25,393 bases of DNA from Gemmatimonadaceae bacterium (GTDB lineage: Bacteria > Gemmatimonadota > Gemmatimonadetes > Gemmatimonadales > Gemmatimonadaceae). Positions 15,689 to 24,204 of this stretch are shown one piece after another. The position numbers and the translations under genes are program-made. Where the stretch lies: positions 1 through 25,393 of the forward strand of contig JANRJP010000060.1 of assembly GCA_033763905.1 (NCBI GenBank), in the 5' to 3' direction. The first letter of the stretch is position 1. Each line of letters starts with the position of its first letter. The notes beneath the pieces are model-generated. The model had not been told where the DNA came from. It worked only from the letters and a program-made list of their open reading frames with translations, and made no database searches.

Positions 15689-17238
15689 ACGTTGCGACGC
15701 GACTCACCGAGCAGGCGACACAGCGCCCCGACGCGGCCGCGCTGATCGACGCGCATCGAGGCGCCGCTCGTGTGGTCACGTTTGCGGAGCTGGAGCGTGA
15801 CGTCGCCGCCGTGGCGGGATGGATGTCCGCGCACGGCGTCCGGCAGGGCGCTTCGGTGTTCGTGTTGCTTCCACCGTCGGTCGAACTGTACGTGGCACTG
15901 GCCGCCGTCCTGCGGGCGGGGGGTCAGGTGGTGGTCGCCGAGATGAGCGGCGGGCCCGCGGTGTGGCGCGCCGCCGTACGGGACACCGGCCCGGTGCTGG
16001 CTGTGTGCTCGGTCAAGGCCGCGTGGTGGCGCCTGACGCAGGCGACGCTGCGTCGCATACCGTTTGCCCTGGCGTCAGGCTGGGCCCCACGCGCGACGCC
16101 GATCGGCGCCGCGCGGCGCGCGCACCCGTGCGCCATCGCACCACGCGGTGCGGACGACGCCGCGTTGGTGACCTTTACGAGCGGCTCGACGGGTGCACCC
16201 AAAGGCGTGATCCGCACGCACGGCATTCTGGCGGCGCAGCTCGACGCATTGTCAGGCACGACGGCGGCGGCGGGCGAGGTCGACTGCGGCAACCTGCCGA
16301 TCGTCGCCCTGGCAAACCTCGCGCGCGGTGCCACGACCGTGATTCCGTCCTACGACTACACCCGCGCGGCGGACTACGATCCGATGCCGGTGCTTGACCA
16401 GTGCGCGACACACGGGGTCACGCGCCTCACGGCGTCACCCGCGTTCCTGTCTCAGCTGACCTCGCGACCGCATCCCGCGCTCAGCCACATCACGCGGGTC
16501 GTGACCGGCGGCGGTCCTTTGTTTCCTGATGTTTTGCAGCACCTGCACCGTGCACTCCCGCACGCGGTCGTCACCGCCGTGTACGGCAGCACCGAAGCGG
16601 AGCCGATCGCGCATCGCGTCGTGCCACGTGACGACGCGGCCGCTGCGGACGCCGCAGCTCGCGGCGAAGGGTTGCTCGCGGGGCGGCCTGACCCGACCGT
16701 GCGCTGTGTCGTGATTCCGGGAGACGCGCTGCCGAACGCGCCGATGACCCCCCAGGAGTTCGCAGCACGGGCCGCCGCGTCTGGTGTCGTTGGCGAAGTC
16801 GTGGTGTCGGGACCGCACATCGTGCGTCACTACGTGCGCGAGGAGGACGAGCGCGGCACCAAGCTCCGCGTTGGCGACGCCATCTGGCACCGCACCGGCG
16901 ATCTGGCGCGCTACGACGCGGAGGGGCGGCTGTGGCTGCTGGGACGAGCGGGCCTCGGCGGCACAGGAACGAATGCGCTGCACCCGATCGCGGTGGAGGC
17001 TGCGGTTCGTGCCGTCGTCAGGGTGCGTCACGCCGCCGCACTGCTGCATCGCGGCCAACGCGTGCTGGTGGTTTCGCCGTACGCTGGCGAGGCACTCGAC
17101 GCGAGCGAGATTCGACGCGCGCTCGCGTGGGCGGCCCTGGACGCGGTGCGCGTCTGGCCGACCATCCCCGTGGACGCTCGGCACCAGTACAAGGTGGACT
17201 ATGCCAAAGTCCGCGAGGGTATCGACGCGGAGCGGTAA
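15685..17238 (+). CDS. AMP-forming ligase (ANL superfamily), OleC-like
   Basis: A3 TFTSGSTGAPKG, A5 YGSTEAEP, A7 WHRTGD, A8 LWLLGR, C-terminal PVDARHQYKVDY. GTG 15685 in GTGA overlap. Confidence 0.88.
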   Translation: MNVATRLTEQATQRPDAAALIDAHRGAARVVTFAELERDVAAVAGWMSAHGVRQGASVFVLLPPSVELYVALAAVLRAGGQVVVAEMSGGPAVWRAAVRDTGPVLAVCSVKAAWWRLTQATLRRIPFALASGWAPRATPIGAARRAHPCAIAPRGADDAALVTFTSGSTGAPKGVIRTHGILAAQLDALSGTTAAAGEVDCGNLPIVALANLARGATTVIPSYDYTRAADYDPMPVLDQCATHGVTRLTASPAFLSQLTSRPHPALSHITRVVTGGGPLFPDVLQHLHRALPHAVVTAVYGSTEAEPIAHRVVPRDDAAAADAAARGEGLLAGRPDPTVRCVVIPGDALPNAPMTPQEFAARAAASGVVGEVVVSGPHIVRHYVREEDERGTKLRVGDAIWHRTGDLARYDAEGRLWLLGRAGLGGTGTNALHPIAVEAAVRAVVRVRHAAALLHRGQRVLVVSPYAGEALDASEIRRALAWAALDAVRVWPTIPVDARHQYKVDYAKVREGIDAER

Positions 17239-17319
17239 TCGGTCGCGTCAACTTGCGTCCCGCCGCACACCGCGGCACCCTTCCCCGATGCAGTCCCTCA
17301 CTCGATCCGTGCGAGGCTC

Positions 17320-17709
17320 GTGATCGAGTCCTCGTTCGATGCGCTGGTGTACGCGAAGTCGCTCGACGCGGTCGCCGCCTGCTATGCGTCAGTGCTCGGG
17401 GTGGCTGCAACAGACCGCGCGCCGACGCACGCGCGGTTTGCGATCGATGGCGGCCAGCTGTGGATTCACGCGATCCCCGCGGCCTACGCCGCCGCGATCC
17501 AGATCGACACGCCACCGTCGCGCCGTGAGGACGCCGCCGTCAAGCTTTCTTTCTTCGTCCCGTCGCTCGCGCAAGCGCGCGACGCGGTACTCGCGCTGGG
17601 CGGCGGTGCCGACGGCGCAGATCGCGCGTGGGCGATGGACGGGCTGTGGCACCTGGACGCGTGGGACTGCGAAGGCAATGTGTTTCAGATGCGCGCACCG
17701 TCGCCGTAA
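17320..17709 (+). CDS. VOC (glyoxalase/bleomycin-resistance) family protein
   Basis: VYAKSL....CY.SVLG, KLSFFV.SL, DCEGNVFQ; GAGG upstream of the GTG. Confidence 0.8.
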   Translation: MIESSFDALVYAKSLDAVAACYASVLGVAATDRAPTHARFAIDGGQLWIHAIPAAYAAAIQIDTPPSRREDAAVKLSFFVPSLAQARDAVLALGGGADGADRAWAMDGLWHLDAWDCEGNVFQMRAPSP

Positions 17710-17957
17710 GCTCCAGATCTCGCGCCCTCACGGCCGCCCAATCTCGACCTGCCGGTCATCCGGTCCGTCATCAGCACATAGCGCGAATCCTTCGGCTGCA
17801 TCGTGCGCGGGGGGAGTCTGTCGAATGCCCGTCGCAGAGAATCGACGCTCACGCGCGCTCGTGGCCGCGAAGTTCCGAGCGACAGGCGAGTCCTATCACT
17901 GCGGCGAAGAGCTGCGACACCACGGCCCCGCGCCGAACCGCGCCGAGGCCTCGCACC

Positions 17958-19343
17958 TTACGGCGCCCGCCCCAACGAGTAGCTGTCCACGCCGCGTTCC
18001 TTGTTGGTCAGGTGCAGGACGCGCCCGCCGGTGACACTGGAGAACGACACCGCGTAGGTCTCGGTCTTCTTGTCGTAGCGGTTGGTGAGCACCAACTCCC
18101 AGATCCCGTTGAGTTGCCAGCGCCCTTGGTACCGTTGCGTAAACGGACGCAGCCGACCGACGGTGCCGGACGCGCCGCTGTGCACGCTCTGGTACGTGCC
18201 GTCGGCGAAGAAGGTGAATCGGTCCGCGATGCTGGCCCCGTCGGTACCGGCGTACAGGCCGGATGAGACGTAGTACATTGGCACGTAGGCGCCGCCGCTC
18301 GACGACCACGTGCCCGGCAAGTCCGTGGCCGCGACGCCGAACTTGTTCATCCGCGCCAACGGCTCGAGCGATTCCGGGGTCGGAAACAGTTGTCGAAACG
18401 CCGCCTGCGTCGGCGCGAGCACGACGATGCTCTGCGCTGTCCCGCTCTCGATCGAGACGAACATTCCGACGTAGCCGTTGCTGCGGCCATCGAGCGTCGT
18501 GACCGCGCCTTCGCGATACTCCAGTGCCGAGTAGCGCGTCTCGTCGGTGCGGTCATCCACCGAAGTCACCCGGTATCTCGCGGCCACATCACGCGCCCAG
18601 AACACGTCTTTCACTTCGCGCGCCGGGGGTCGCATTGCCTCCGTGAGTGGCACGCGATGCCAGAGCCACACGCGAATGTCCCCCTTGGCGAGCTGCACGT
18701 GATCGGGCTGGTCGGTCGCCGACCACCCGTCCGCCCAGGTCGTTGACGTCAGTTGAAATCGCGGCGCCGGGCCGTTGGGCGGCGGCGCTGATGGCGCGGC
18801 GGCAGTGGGCACGGCGGCAGTGGGCACGGCGGTAGTGGGCACGGCGGCAGTTGGCGCGGCGGGCGCAGCCGACACTGGTGCCGCAGATGGCGTCGCGGCA
18901 GGGGCGGCTGTCGCCGCTGCCACCACGGCGTCGCCCGTCACCTGTCCGATGTACAGCCATCCGCTCCGTCGATCCACGGCGTGCAACAGCAAGTGCCGAG
19001 CGCCGGCCTTGCTCAGCACACCGAACGACTGGGTGCTATCCGCCAACGCGAGCGTGTACCCTTGCGTGCGCAGCGCGGTGAAGATGGCCGATTTGGACAC
19101 GGCGCTGTCGCCGAGCGGCAACCGGAACACTTCGAGATCCGATCCGAGTTTGACTCCCGCATCGCCTGCACGCAGTTCCAGCGTGGCGCGGGCAGCGGCG
19201 CGCGTCATAAATCCCTTCTCGAGCCGCACCCCCGCAGGGAGCTCGGCGCCGGTGAGCGCAGAGCGCACGGGGGGCTGCGCGGGAATGACCGCGACGGGCA
19301 ACAACAGCAGCAGCGGCAGGAAGTAAAGGCGGCGCGCGGTCAC
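17958..19343 (-). CDS. Exported hypothetical protein with Pro/Ala/Thr linker and C-terminal beta-rich (lipocalin-like) domain
   Basis: GTG 19343 overlaps the upstream TGA (GTGA). Signal peptide MTARRLYFLPLLLLLPVAVIPA; LPGTW...FTFFADGTY...YQGRW motifs. Confidence 0.65.
   Translation of the reverse strand: MTARRLYFLPLLLLLPVAVIPAQPPVRSALTGAELPAGVRLEKGFMTRAAARATLELRAGDAGVKLGSDLEVFRLPLGDSAVSKSAIFTALRTQGYTLALADSTQSFGVLSKAGARHLLLHAVDRRSGWLYIGQVTGDAVVAAATAAPAATPSAAPVSAAPAAPTAAVPTTAVPTAAVPTAAAPSAPPPNGPAPRFQLTSTTWADGWSATDQPDHVQLAKGDIRVWLWHRVPLTEAMRPPAREVKDVFWARDVAARYRVTSVDDRTDETRYSALEYREGAVTTLDGRSNGYVGMFVSIESGTAQSIVVLAPTQAAFRQLFPTPESLEPLARMNKFGVAATDLPGTWSSSGGAYVPMYYVSSGLYAGTDGASIADRFTFFADGTYQSVHSGASGTVGRLRPFTQRYQGRWQLNGIWELVLTNRYDKKTETYAVSFSSVTGGRVLHLTNKERGVDSYSLGRAP
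18797..18856. repeat. 15-bp tandem repeat x4 (CGGCGGCAGTGGGCA) encoding PTAAV-type linker units
   Basis: Copies at 18797, 18812 (identical), 18827 (1 mismatch) and 18842 (2 mismatches). Confidence 0.85.
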
Positions 19344-20611
19344 GGCCACCCCAGCGCCTGCCGCAGCAGGCCCCAATCCATCTCGCGCAACAAGGGCACG
19401 GCATAGCCGCACCGACCACCCTCGACGTACGGTCGCACGCCGCCCAGCATCTCGCCGCAGCGTGCGGCGCTGAACGGCACGGTCATCAGCTGTACGTCCG
19501 ACATCGGTCGCTTGGGATCCAGCAGGTCGTCGCGGACCTTCACCATCGGGACGCAGTCCGGCGTGCTGCCGAGCGGCTCAAAGCGCACCGCAGCGCTCGA
19601 GATGAACTCCGGATCCTTTCGCGCGCACGCAGGCTGTGCCCGTCCCGCCGCGTCGAGCGAGGCGGCCAAGCGCCGCAGCGTCGCCAACGCCAACTGCGGG
19701 CCAGAGGTGCGATGTCGGGGATTGGGGACGGCGAGCGGCGCGACGTCGCGCCGCACCCGCTCCACTTCGGCCAGATCGCTTCGGTGCGCGTCAGCCAGTC
19801 GCTTGGCCAGCACCTGCGCGTTGGGGGTTTCGCGTTTCCAGACGGCTTCCCGCTTCGCACGCCGTGCTTCGACCTGATCCGGCGCGAGACTGGCTTCTGC
19901 CTCCGCCAAGCGGTCGCGTTCGATGTCGGCGTTCTGCCGCACGATCGTGTCGAGCCGCGCGATCTCAATGTCGAGCAATGCGCCGAGCGGTGCCGGTTCC
20001 AGCACGCTACGGCCGTCGCGGGTGAAGACGAGCACGTCGGCGAACACCGAGCCGCCGCCGATCGTCCCGAACTCCTTGGGCTGGGCGAAGTAGCCCTTGG
20101 GCGTTTGGCCCACGACGTGGCGCGAGAAGTCCGGAAAGGTGAAGCGATCTTCCAGTTCTTCCGCCGTGGGCACGCGGTTCGGATAGAAGAACTGCAGGTC
20201 GTGCGCACCGCCGAGCTTAGGCGCGAGAATGCCGCCCTTCAGGCGGCGAACATCGCGCGGTACGCTCCAGTACGCTCCGACGCCTAGGAGCAGCACCGGG
20301 GACCGAGCGCCGTTCCGCATATCGGGGGCGTCAATCGATGCGGCACTGACCACGAGGTGCGCGCGATCCTTCGGCGTGCGGAAGTGCACGCTGGAGATGA
20401 ACGCCTTGTAGAAGCCGTCGGAGCGCGACTTGGCAAGTTTGACTTCGGCCTCGTTGAGCCGACGCATACCGACCGCTCGGGTGTACGGGCCGTGCGGCTC
20501 CCACGACACGCCGGGGCTGAGTTCGGGGCCGACAGGAGCGGATTGGGCCAGCACTGGCGTGCTGCCCGCGAACGCGGCCAAAGCCGCTGCGAAGAAGACG
20601 GCGGGGCGCAT
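19340..20611 (-). CDS. Exported hypothetical protein with a central coiled-coil
   Basis: Signal peptide MRPAVFFAAALAAFAGSTPVLA-Q; charged helical segment; coupled to the downstream gene. Confidence 0.65.
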   Translation of the reverse strand: MRPAVFFAAALAAFAGSTPVLAQSAPVGPELSPGVSWEPHGPYTRAVGMRRLNEAEVKLAKSRSDGFYKAFISSVHFRTPKDRAHLVVSAASIDAPDMRNGARSPVLLLGVGAYWSVPRDVRRLKGGILAPKLGGAHDLQFFYPNRVPTAEELEDRFTFPDFSRHVVGQTPKGYFAQPKEFGTIGGGSVFADVLVFTRDGRSVLEPAPLGALLDIEIARLDTIVRQNADIERDRLAEAEASLAPDQVEARRAKREAVWKRETPNAQVLAKRLADAHRSDLAEVERVRRDVAPLAVPNPRHRTSGPQLALATLRRLAASLDAAGRAQPACARKDPEFISSAAVRFEPLGSTPDCVPMVKVRDDLLDPKRPMSDVQLMTVPFSAARCGEMLGGVRPYVEGGRCGYAVPLLREMDWGLLRQALGWP

Positions 20612-20685
20612 AGCTTCAAGGTGATGCGTGGTCCCGGGCCCCGGAAGCGCGGGCCCTGTACCGAATTCTTTACCCGCGGTGGACG

Positions 20686-21060
20686 ATGGCGATCATTCCC
20701 ACGCTCAGGTGCCGCAACCTGCGGACGTCGCTGCGCTTCTACACCGAAGTGCTGGACTTCACGATGGCGGATGTCTCCGCATCACCGGACGATCCCGGCT
20801 TCTGCGTCCTCCGCCGAGGCAGCGATGCGCTGGCGCTCTCGAGTCACGCCGGTGACGGGACCTTCGGTCAGGCCGTCGTCGTCACGACCGACGATGTCCG
20901 CGGAGCGTTCGAGCGCTTTGTGACGCGCGGGCTCCGGCCACCGGCGCCAGAGGCCGGCTCACCCGTGCACGCGGGACCGACGGCGCAGACCTGGGGCACC
21001 ATCGAGTTCTACGTCGATGATCCCGACGGGCACACGCTGCGATTCGTGCAGGGCTGGTAG
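20686..21060 (+). CDS. VOC (glyoxalase/bleomycin-resistance) family protein
   Basis: [40 protein letters not shown]. Confidence 0.88.
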   Translation: MAIIPTLRCRNLRTSLRFYTEVLDFTMADVSASPDDPGFCVLRRGSDALALSSHAGDGTFGQAVVVTTDDVRGAFERFVTRGLRPPAPEAGSPVHAGPTAQTWGTIEFYVDDPDGHTLRFVQGW

Positions 21061-21090
21061 CGCGACCCCCCGCCGGCCGCGGGCGTGCTC

Positions 21091-23340
21091 CTACGCGGAC
21101 GCCCGCGCGTCACGTTGCGTCAGCTCGCCGTGGAGGCGGCGCGCGACGGCGGCAAAGTCGGAGCGTGTCGAGACGATGTCGGTAAACCCGACTTCCAGCG
21201 CCCACTCGTACAGGCCGGGGTCCGTCTGCGCCGTGCAGGCGACCACATCGATCTCGGGATCCTCCGCAAGCAGCGCCTGCGCCAGCCCGATGCCATCGAG
21301 GCCACGCAGAGCGAAGTCAGTCACAACCAGGGTTGGCCGCAGGCGCAGCCCGTACGCGAGCGCCGCGTCGCCGTCCACCGCCTCCACACACGAGAACCCA
21401 GCCGCGTCGAACGCCATTCGCATCGCGCGGCGCGTCAGCGGCTCCTCCTGCACCAGCAGGACGCGAGGTCGGGCGCCGGCCGGTGCACGAGGGGCGAGCA
21501 CGACCGATCGGGAGAGCCGAGGCGGGCCCGCCGCCGGCGTCGCGCGGGCGGCAATGGCCAGCGACGGCGCGGTCGGCGACGGTGACCCGATGGTCGTCGT
21601 CGGCGGCGCACCGACCGACGCGTGTCCGAAGAGCGCGTCGACCGCGTCCTGTGTGAGCGAGGTTTCGGGCAGTGGTGGTGTCACCGAGGTCACGAGCTCG
21701 TCGAAGCTCGTGATACCCTCCAGCACGCGCTGCAGGCCGACGTCCCACAGCGACTTCATCCCGCCGCGTCGCGCCATCTGCAGGAGCGCGACCCGGTCGT
21801 TCGTGCGCGTCAGCAGCTGCTGGGATTCTTCGTCGATGACGAGCACTTCGAGAATCGCGAAGCGCCCACGGTAGCCGGTCCCACGGCAGGCCGGACATCC
21901 CACGGGCGCACGCAGCGCCTTGGTGTACTGCCCGTCGAGCAGCCACCGATGTTGCGCGGGGATCGCTGCCGGATCGGCGGGCTGGGCGCACTCCGGGCAC
22001 AGTCGGCGCAGCAGACGCTGCGCGACGACCGCGCGCAGCGCGCCCGCGATCGACGCGCCGTCGATCCCGATGTCGCTCAAGCGACCGATCGCGCCTGCGG
22101 CATCGCCGGTGTGCAAAGTCGAGAGCACCAGATGCCCGGTCATCGCCGCGCGCACCGCGATGTCGGCGGTGTCGCGATCGCGAATCTCACCGACGAGCAC
22201 GACATCGGGGTCCTGTCGCAGGATGGAACGCAGCGCCGTCGCAAAGGTGAGGCCGGTCTTGTCGTGCACCTGCACCTGATTGATGCCCTCCAGCCGGTAC
22301 TCGATCGGGTCTTCCACCGTCACGATGTTCGTCTTGGGATCACGGAGCGCCTGCAGCGCCGCATAGAGCGTGGTGGTCTTGCCCGAGCCGGTGGGTCCCG
22401 TCACCAGCACCATCCCCTCGTTCCCGGCGATGATCTGCCGCAGCAGGCGCACATCCGCGTCGCCGAATCCCAACTCGTTGAAGTCCAGTGCCGTGGCCGA
22501 CGCGTCCAGAATGCGGATGACTGCCTTCTCGCGCCGCTCTCCGAGCGGCAAGGTGGAGACGCGAAGATCGATCCCGCGCCCATCGATGCGGACGTTGGCA
22601 CGACCGTCCTGCGGCCGAAGTCGATTCGCGATGTCGAGGCCGGCGCTGACTTTGAGCCGGCTCAAGACCAGCGGCGCGAGATCGGCGCTCAGGGTCGACA
22701 CGTCGTGCAGCGCGCCGTCGACGCGGTAGCGCACGAGGAGCGAGCCCCCCTGCTGCGGCTCCAAGTGGATGTCACTCGCGCGCTGGTCGATCGCATCGGT
22801 GACGATGCGCTCGAGGGCCTCGGCGGCCGCGCTTCGGCCGGGTCCGGCGGCGACCGCATCGGCCGCCGCGTGTTCGCCCCAGACGAGGCGGGTCGCTACC
22901 GTCGGCCGATCGTGGCTTTCGTAGCATCGGGCCCGCGCCGCGGCAACCGCGCCAGGGGGCGCGAAATGCAGCCGCACGGTTTGCGCGCTCGCGAACGACA
23001 AGTCCCGTTCGAGATGCTCCCGAAGCGGATTCGGCGTCGCGACGACCAGCACTCGACCGTCGCGGCGCACCGGCACCACATCGAAGCGCTTCGCGAGCGC
23101 CGCCGACAGCAGGGCGGCCTGCGCTGGCCCGACCGCGGCGACCTCGAGTGGGGCTCTGCCGGTGAGCTCTTCGACGAGCGACGCGAGTTCGGCGACAGGC
23201 ATCCCCGCGTCGCGCAGTGCCTCGTAGGCGCTGGGCGCGGGCCCGACATCACGAACGGCGGGATGTCCCGATTCCTTTGCGGCTTCGAGGAGCCATCGAT
23301 CAGCCCACGGTGCCCGGGTGGTGCGCGGCGTATCTGCCAT
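21091..23340 (-). CDS. GspE/PilB-family secretion or pilus assembly ATPase with C-terminal receiver (REC) domain
   Basis: ASDIHLEP, RYRVDG, PQDGR, Walker A GPTGSGKTT, TVEDPIEY, LRQDPDVVLVGEIRD, TGHLVLSTLH, CPEC/CPAC zinc motif; REC-like C-terminus. Confidence 0.92.
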   Translation of the reverse strand: MADTPRTTRAPWADRWLLEAAKESGHPAVRDVGPAPSAYEALRDAGMPVAELASLVEELTGRAPLEVAAVGPAQAALLSAALAKRFDVVPVRRDGRVLVVATPNPLREHLERDLSFASAQTVRLHFAPPGAVAAARARCYESHDRPTVATRLVWGEHAAADAVAAGPGRSAAAEALERIVTDAIDQRASDIHLEPQQGGSLLVRYRVDGALHDVSTLSADLAPLVLSRLKVSAGLDIANRLRPQDGRANVRIDGRGIDLRVSTLPLGERREKAVIRILDASATALDFNELGFGDADVRLLRQIIAGNEGMVLVTGPTGSGKTTTLYAALQALRDPKTNIVTVEDPIEYRLEGINQVQVHDKTGLTFATALRSILRQDPDVVLVGEIRDRDTADIAVRAAMTGHLVLSTLHTGDAAGAIGRLSDIGIDGASIAGALRAVVAQRLLRRLCPECAQPADPAAIPAQHRWLLDGQYTKALRAPVGCPACRGTGYRGRFAILEVLVIDEESQQLLTRTNDRVALLQMARRGGMKSLWDVGLQRVLEGITSFDELVTSVTPPLPETSLTQDAVDALFGHASVGAPPTTTIGSPSPTAPSLAIAARATPAAGPPRLSRSVVLAPRAPAGARPRVLLVQEEPLTRRAMRMAFDAAGFSCVEAVDGDAALAYGLRLRPTLVVTDFALRGLDGIGLAQALLAEDPEIDVVACTAQTDPGLYEWALEVGFTDIVSTRSDFAAVARRLHGELTQRDARASA

Positions 23341-23535
23341 CTGGAGTCTCAGCGTCGAGAGCCTGTGGTCGCTACACGAGCATTGCTCTCGGAGTTATCG
23401 TCCGCTGACCGACAGTCCGACGAATATGGCGACACGGCTGTTACGTGCAGTCCGAGAGGACTGCCGACCCGATGCGCCAGAGTCCAGACTTCAGGTCCTA
23501 GCACTTCGCTTCGGCTTCCACCACGGCAGACCACG

Positions 23536-24204
23536 ATGACACCACGCCCAGATCGCAGAGGATTCGTCGCCCGCCTTGCCGCCGTCCTCGGTGGCACGGC
23601 GTTCGCTGGCACCACGCTTCGTGCGCAGCAACCCAGCCAAGGTCCGCTGGTGCATCCCGAAGACGCGTGGCTCGATGCCCTGCCCCGCGGCCACCGAATG
23701 GTCTTCGATGCCTTTACACTTCCCGGGGCCGTGAATGCCGGGCGCTACTGCGGCAACTGGATCTACAGCAATGGCACGGGCTACGGCCTCAAGCCCGAAC
23801 AACTCGGCGCGGTCATCGTGCTCCGATCGTCGGCGACGATCTACGCGTTCAACGATGCGATGTGGGCCAAGTACCCGCAGTTGGCGCAGCAGTCGCGATT
23901 GACCGACAGCAGCACCAACAAGCCCTACGACTACAACCCCTTCCTGCGCGCGCCGTCGGGCAACTCGCCGACGCAAGGCGTGCAGTGGAACGGCTTGGCC
24001 TCGCAGGGCGTGCACTTTGCGGTGTGCAACGGCACCACGACGATGCTCGCCGGGATGATCGCCGGCAACGACGCCAAGGCGACCGAGACGGTGCGGCTTG
24101 AACTGGCGGCGAACGTCGTGCCGAATGGGCACCTGATGGCGACGGGGATCGTGGCGCTCGGACGCGCGCAGGAAAAGGGCTTCACGTTTGGCTGTGGGGG
24201 GTAG
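23536..24204 (+). CDS. Tat-exported DsrE-like protein
   Basis: Twin-arginine signal DRRGFV; WLD...HRMVFD, FNDAMW.KY, GVHFAVC, GIVALGRAQEKGF. ATG at 23536; the 21622 start is an antisense shadow of the ATPase. Confidence 0.75.
   Translation: MTPRPDRRGFVARLAAVLGGTAFAGTTLRAQQPSQGPLVHPEDAWLDALPRGHRMVFDAFTLPGAVNAGRYCGNWIYSNGTGYGLKPEQLGAVIVLRSSATIYAFNDAMWAKYPQLAQQSRLTDSSTNKPYDYNPFLRAPSGNSPTQGVQWNGLASQGVHFAVCNGTTTMLAGMIAGNDAKATETVRLELAANVVPNGHLMATGIVALGRAQEKGFTFGCGG

Noticed and set aside
17710..17957. Intergenic stretch as a gene remnant or attC site
   Set aside because: Only short unrecognisable ORFs, and no paired RYYYAAC/GTTRRRY core sites seen.
18797..18856. Tandem repeat as a CRISPR-like array
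   Set aside because: 15-bp head-to-tail units without spacers, in frame within a linker; no cas genes.
21078..21107. 9-bp inverted repeat between convergent genes as a terminator
   Set aside because: No U-tract on either side, and one arm lies inside the coding sequence.
21622..23535. N-terminal 638 codons of the 860-aa plus-strand ORF
   Set aside because: Antisense to the PilB/GspE gene; the real protein starts at the Tat signal (23536).
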